Below, piece after piece: positions 54,823 through 55,156 of a stretch of 55,156 nt of DNA. The notes below the pieces were generated by a model that was not told the origin of the DNA, searched no databases, and saw only the letters and a list, made by a program, of their open reading frames with translations. The stretch's first letter is position 1. Every line of letters begins with the position of its first letter. The translations under genes were made by a program, and so were the position numbers. The stretch comes from a virus (Duplodnaviria > Caudoviricetes), in IMG/VR virus record IMGVR_UViG_3300021959_000053, positions 1-55,156 of that record; one strand, 5' to 3'.

Positions 54823-55156
54823 ATTGCTTTTTCTCTTTTAAGAAACTGAAGGAAATACAGATGTACTTACACCTGGGCCAGAAAGTACAGTTGAACGTAT
54901 GTACTTAAAACGATTAACAAGATTAGTTTGCATCTGTGTAATACCGCTATTAAATCTAGACCAGTTTGCTTGATATTGCTCTAGCTCACCTCTATACTGG
55001 TAAGCATAAGATGTAGCACCATCTGCAATAACTGGACGGTATAGCTCAGGTATGTCAGGTACATCTGATGCTTCTGACAGAGCTACTGTTGAAGCGTAAT
55101 ACTCAAACTTTAATGTATAAGCTTTATCTGGGTAAGGGTATAAAAGATAGTTATTA
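54579..55156. repeat. Terminal overlap, right copy
   Basis: Matches 1-578. Confidence 0.97.
54838..55156 (-). CDS. Partial duplicate of the 3' end of the adaptor gene (260-982)
   Basis: Lies within the terminal overlap. Confidence 0.85.
   Translation of the reverse strand, partial: NNYLLYPYPDKAYTLKFEYYASTVALSEASDVPDIPELYRPVIADGATSYAYQYRGELEQYQANWSRFNSGITQMQTNLVNRFKYIRSTVLSGPGVSTSVFPSVS

Overview
The window is essentially one complete, circularly permuted ~54.6 kb genome of a lytic podovirus-type phage. Bases 1-578 recur at 54579-55156 with 8 substitutions. The minus strand carries morphogenesis and lysis genes: tail fibres, internal virion proteins, nozzle/adaptor, capsid, scaffold, portal, terminase, a block of very basic small proteins, holins and a GH19 endolysin. 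The plus strand (19.4-36.8 kb) carries early genes, tRNA-Arg(TCT), ThyX, primase-helicase, PolA, SSB, nucleases, MazG, DUF1127, class II RNR, glutaredoxin and PhoH. I see no RNA polymerase, integrase or CI-type repressor; transcription appears to rely on host sigma70-type promoters. The host is probably an alphaproteobacterium of the Roseobacter group (inference). The most striking unexplained structure is the 1.6 kb non-coding switch region (17.8-19.4 kb). It is tiled with distinct operator arrays: two inverted arrays of alphaproteobacterial LexA boxes, IHF sites and two families of unknown palindromes, followed by a ~420 nt structured leader. A second candidate system is a pair of short peptide tags, (F/Y/M/L)xxGG and APxxSxRPxxRP, shared by many unrelated late proteins. 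All family assignments come from motif recognition by eye, not from database searches.
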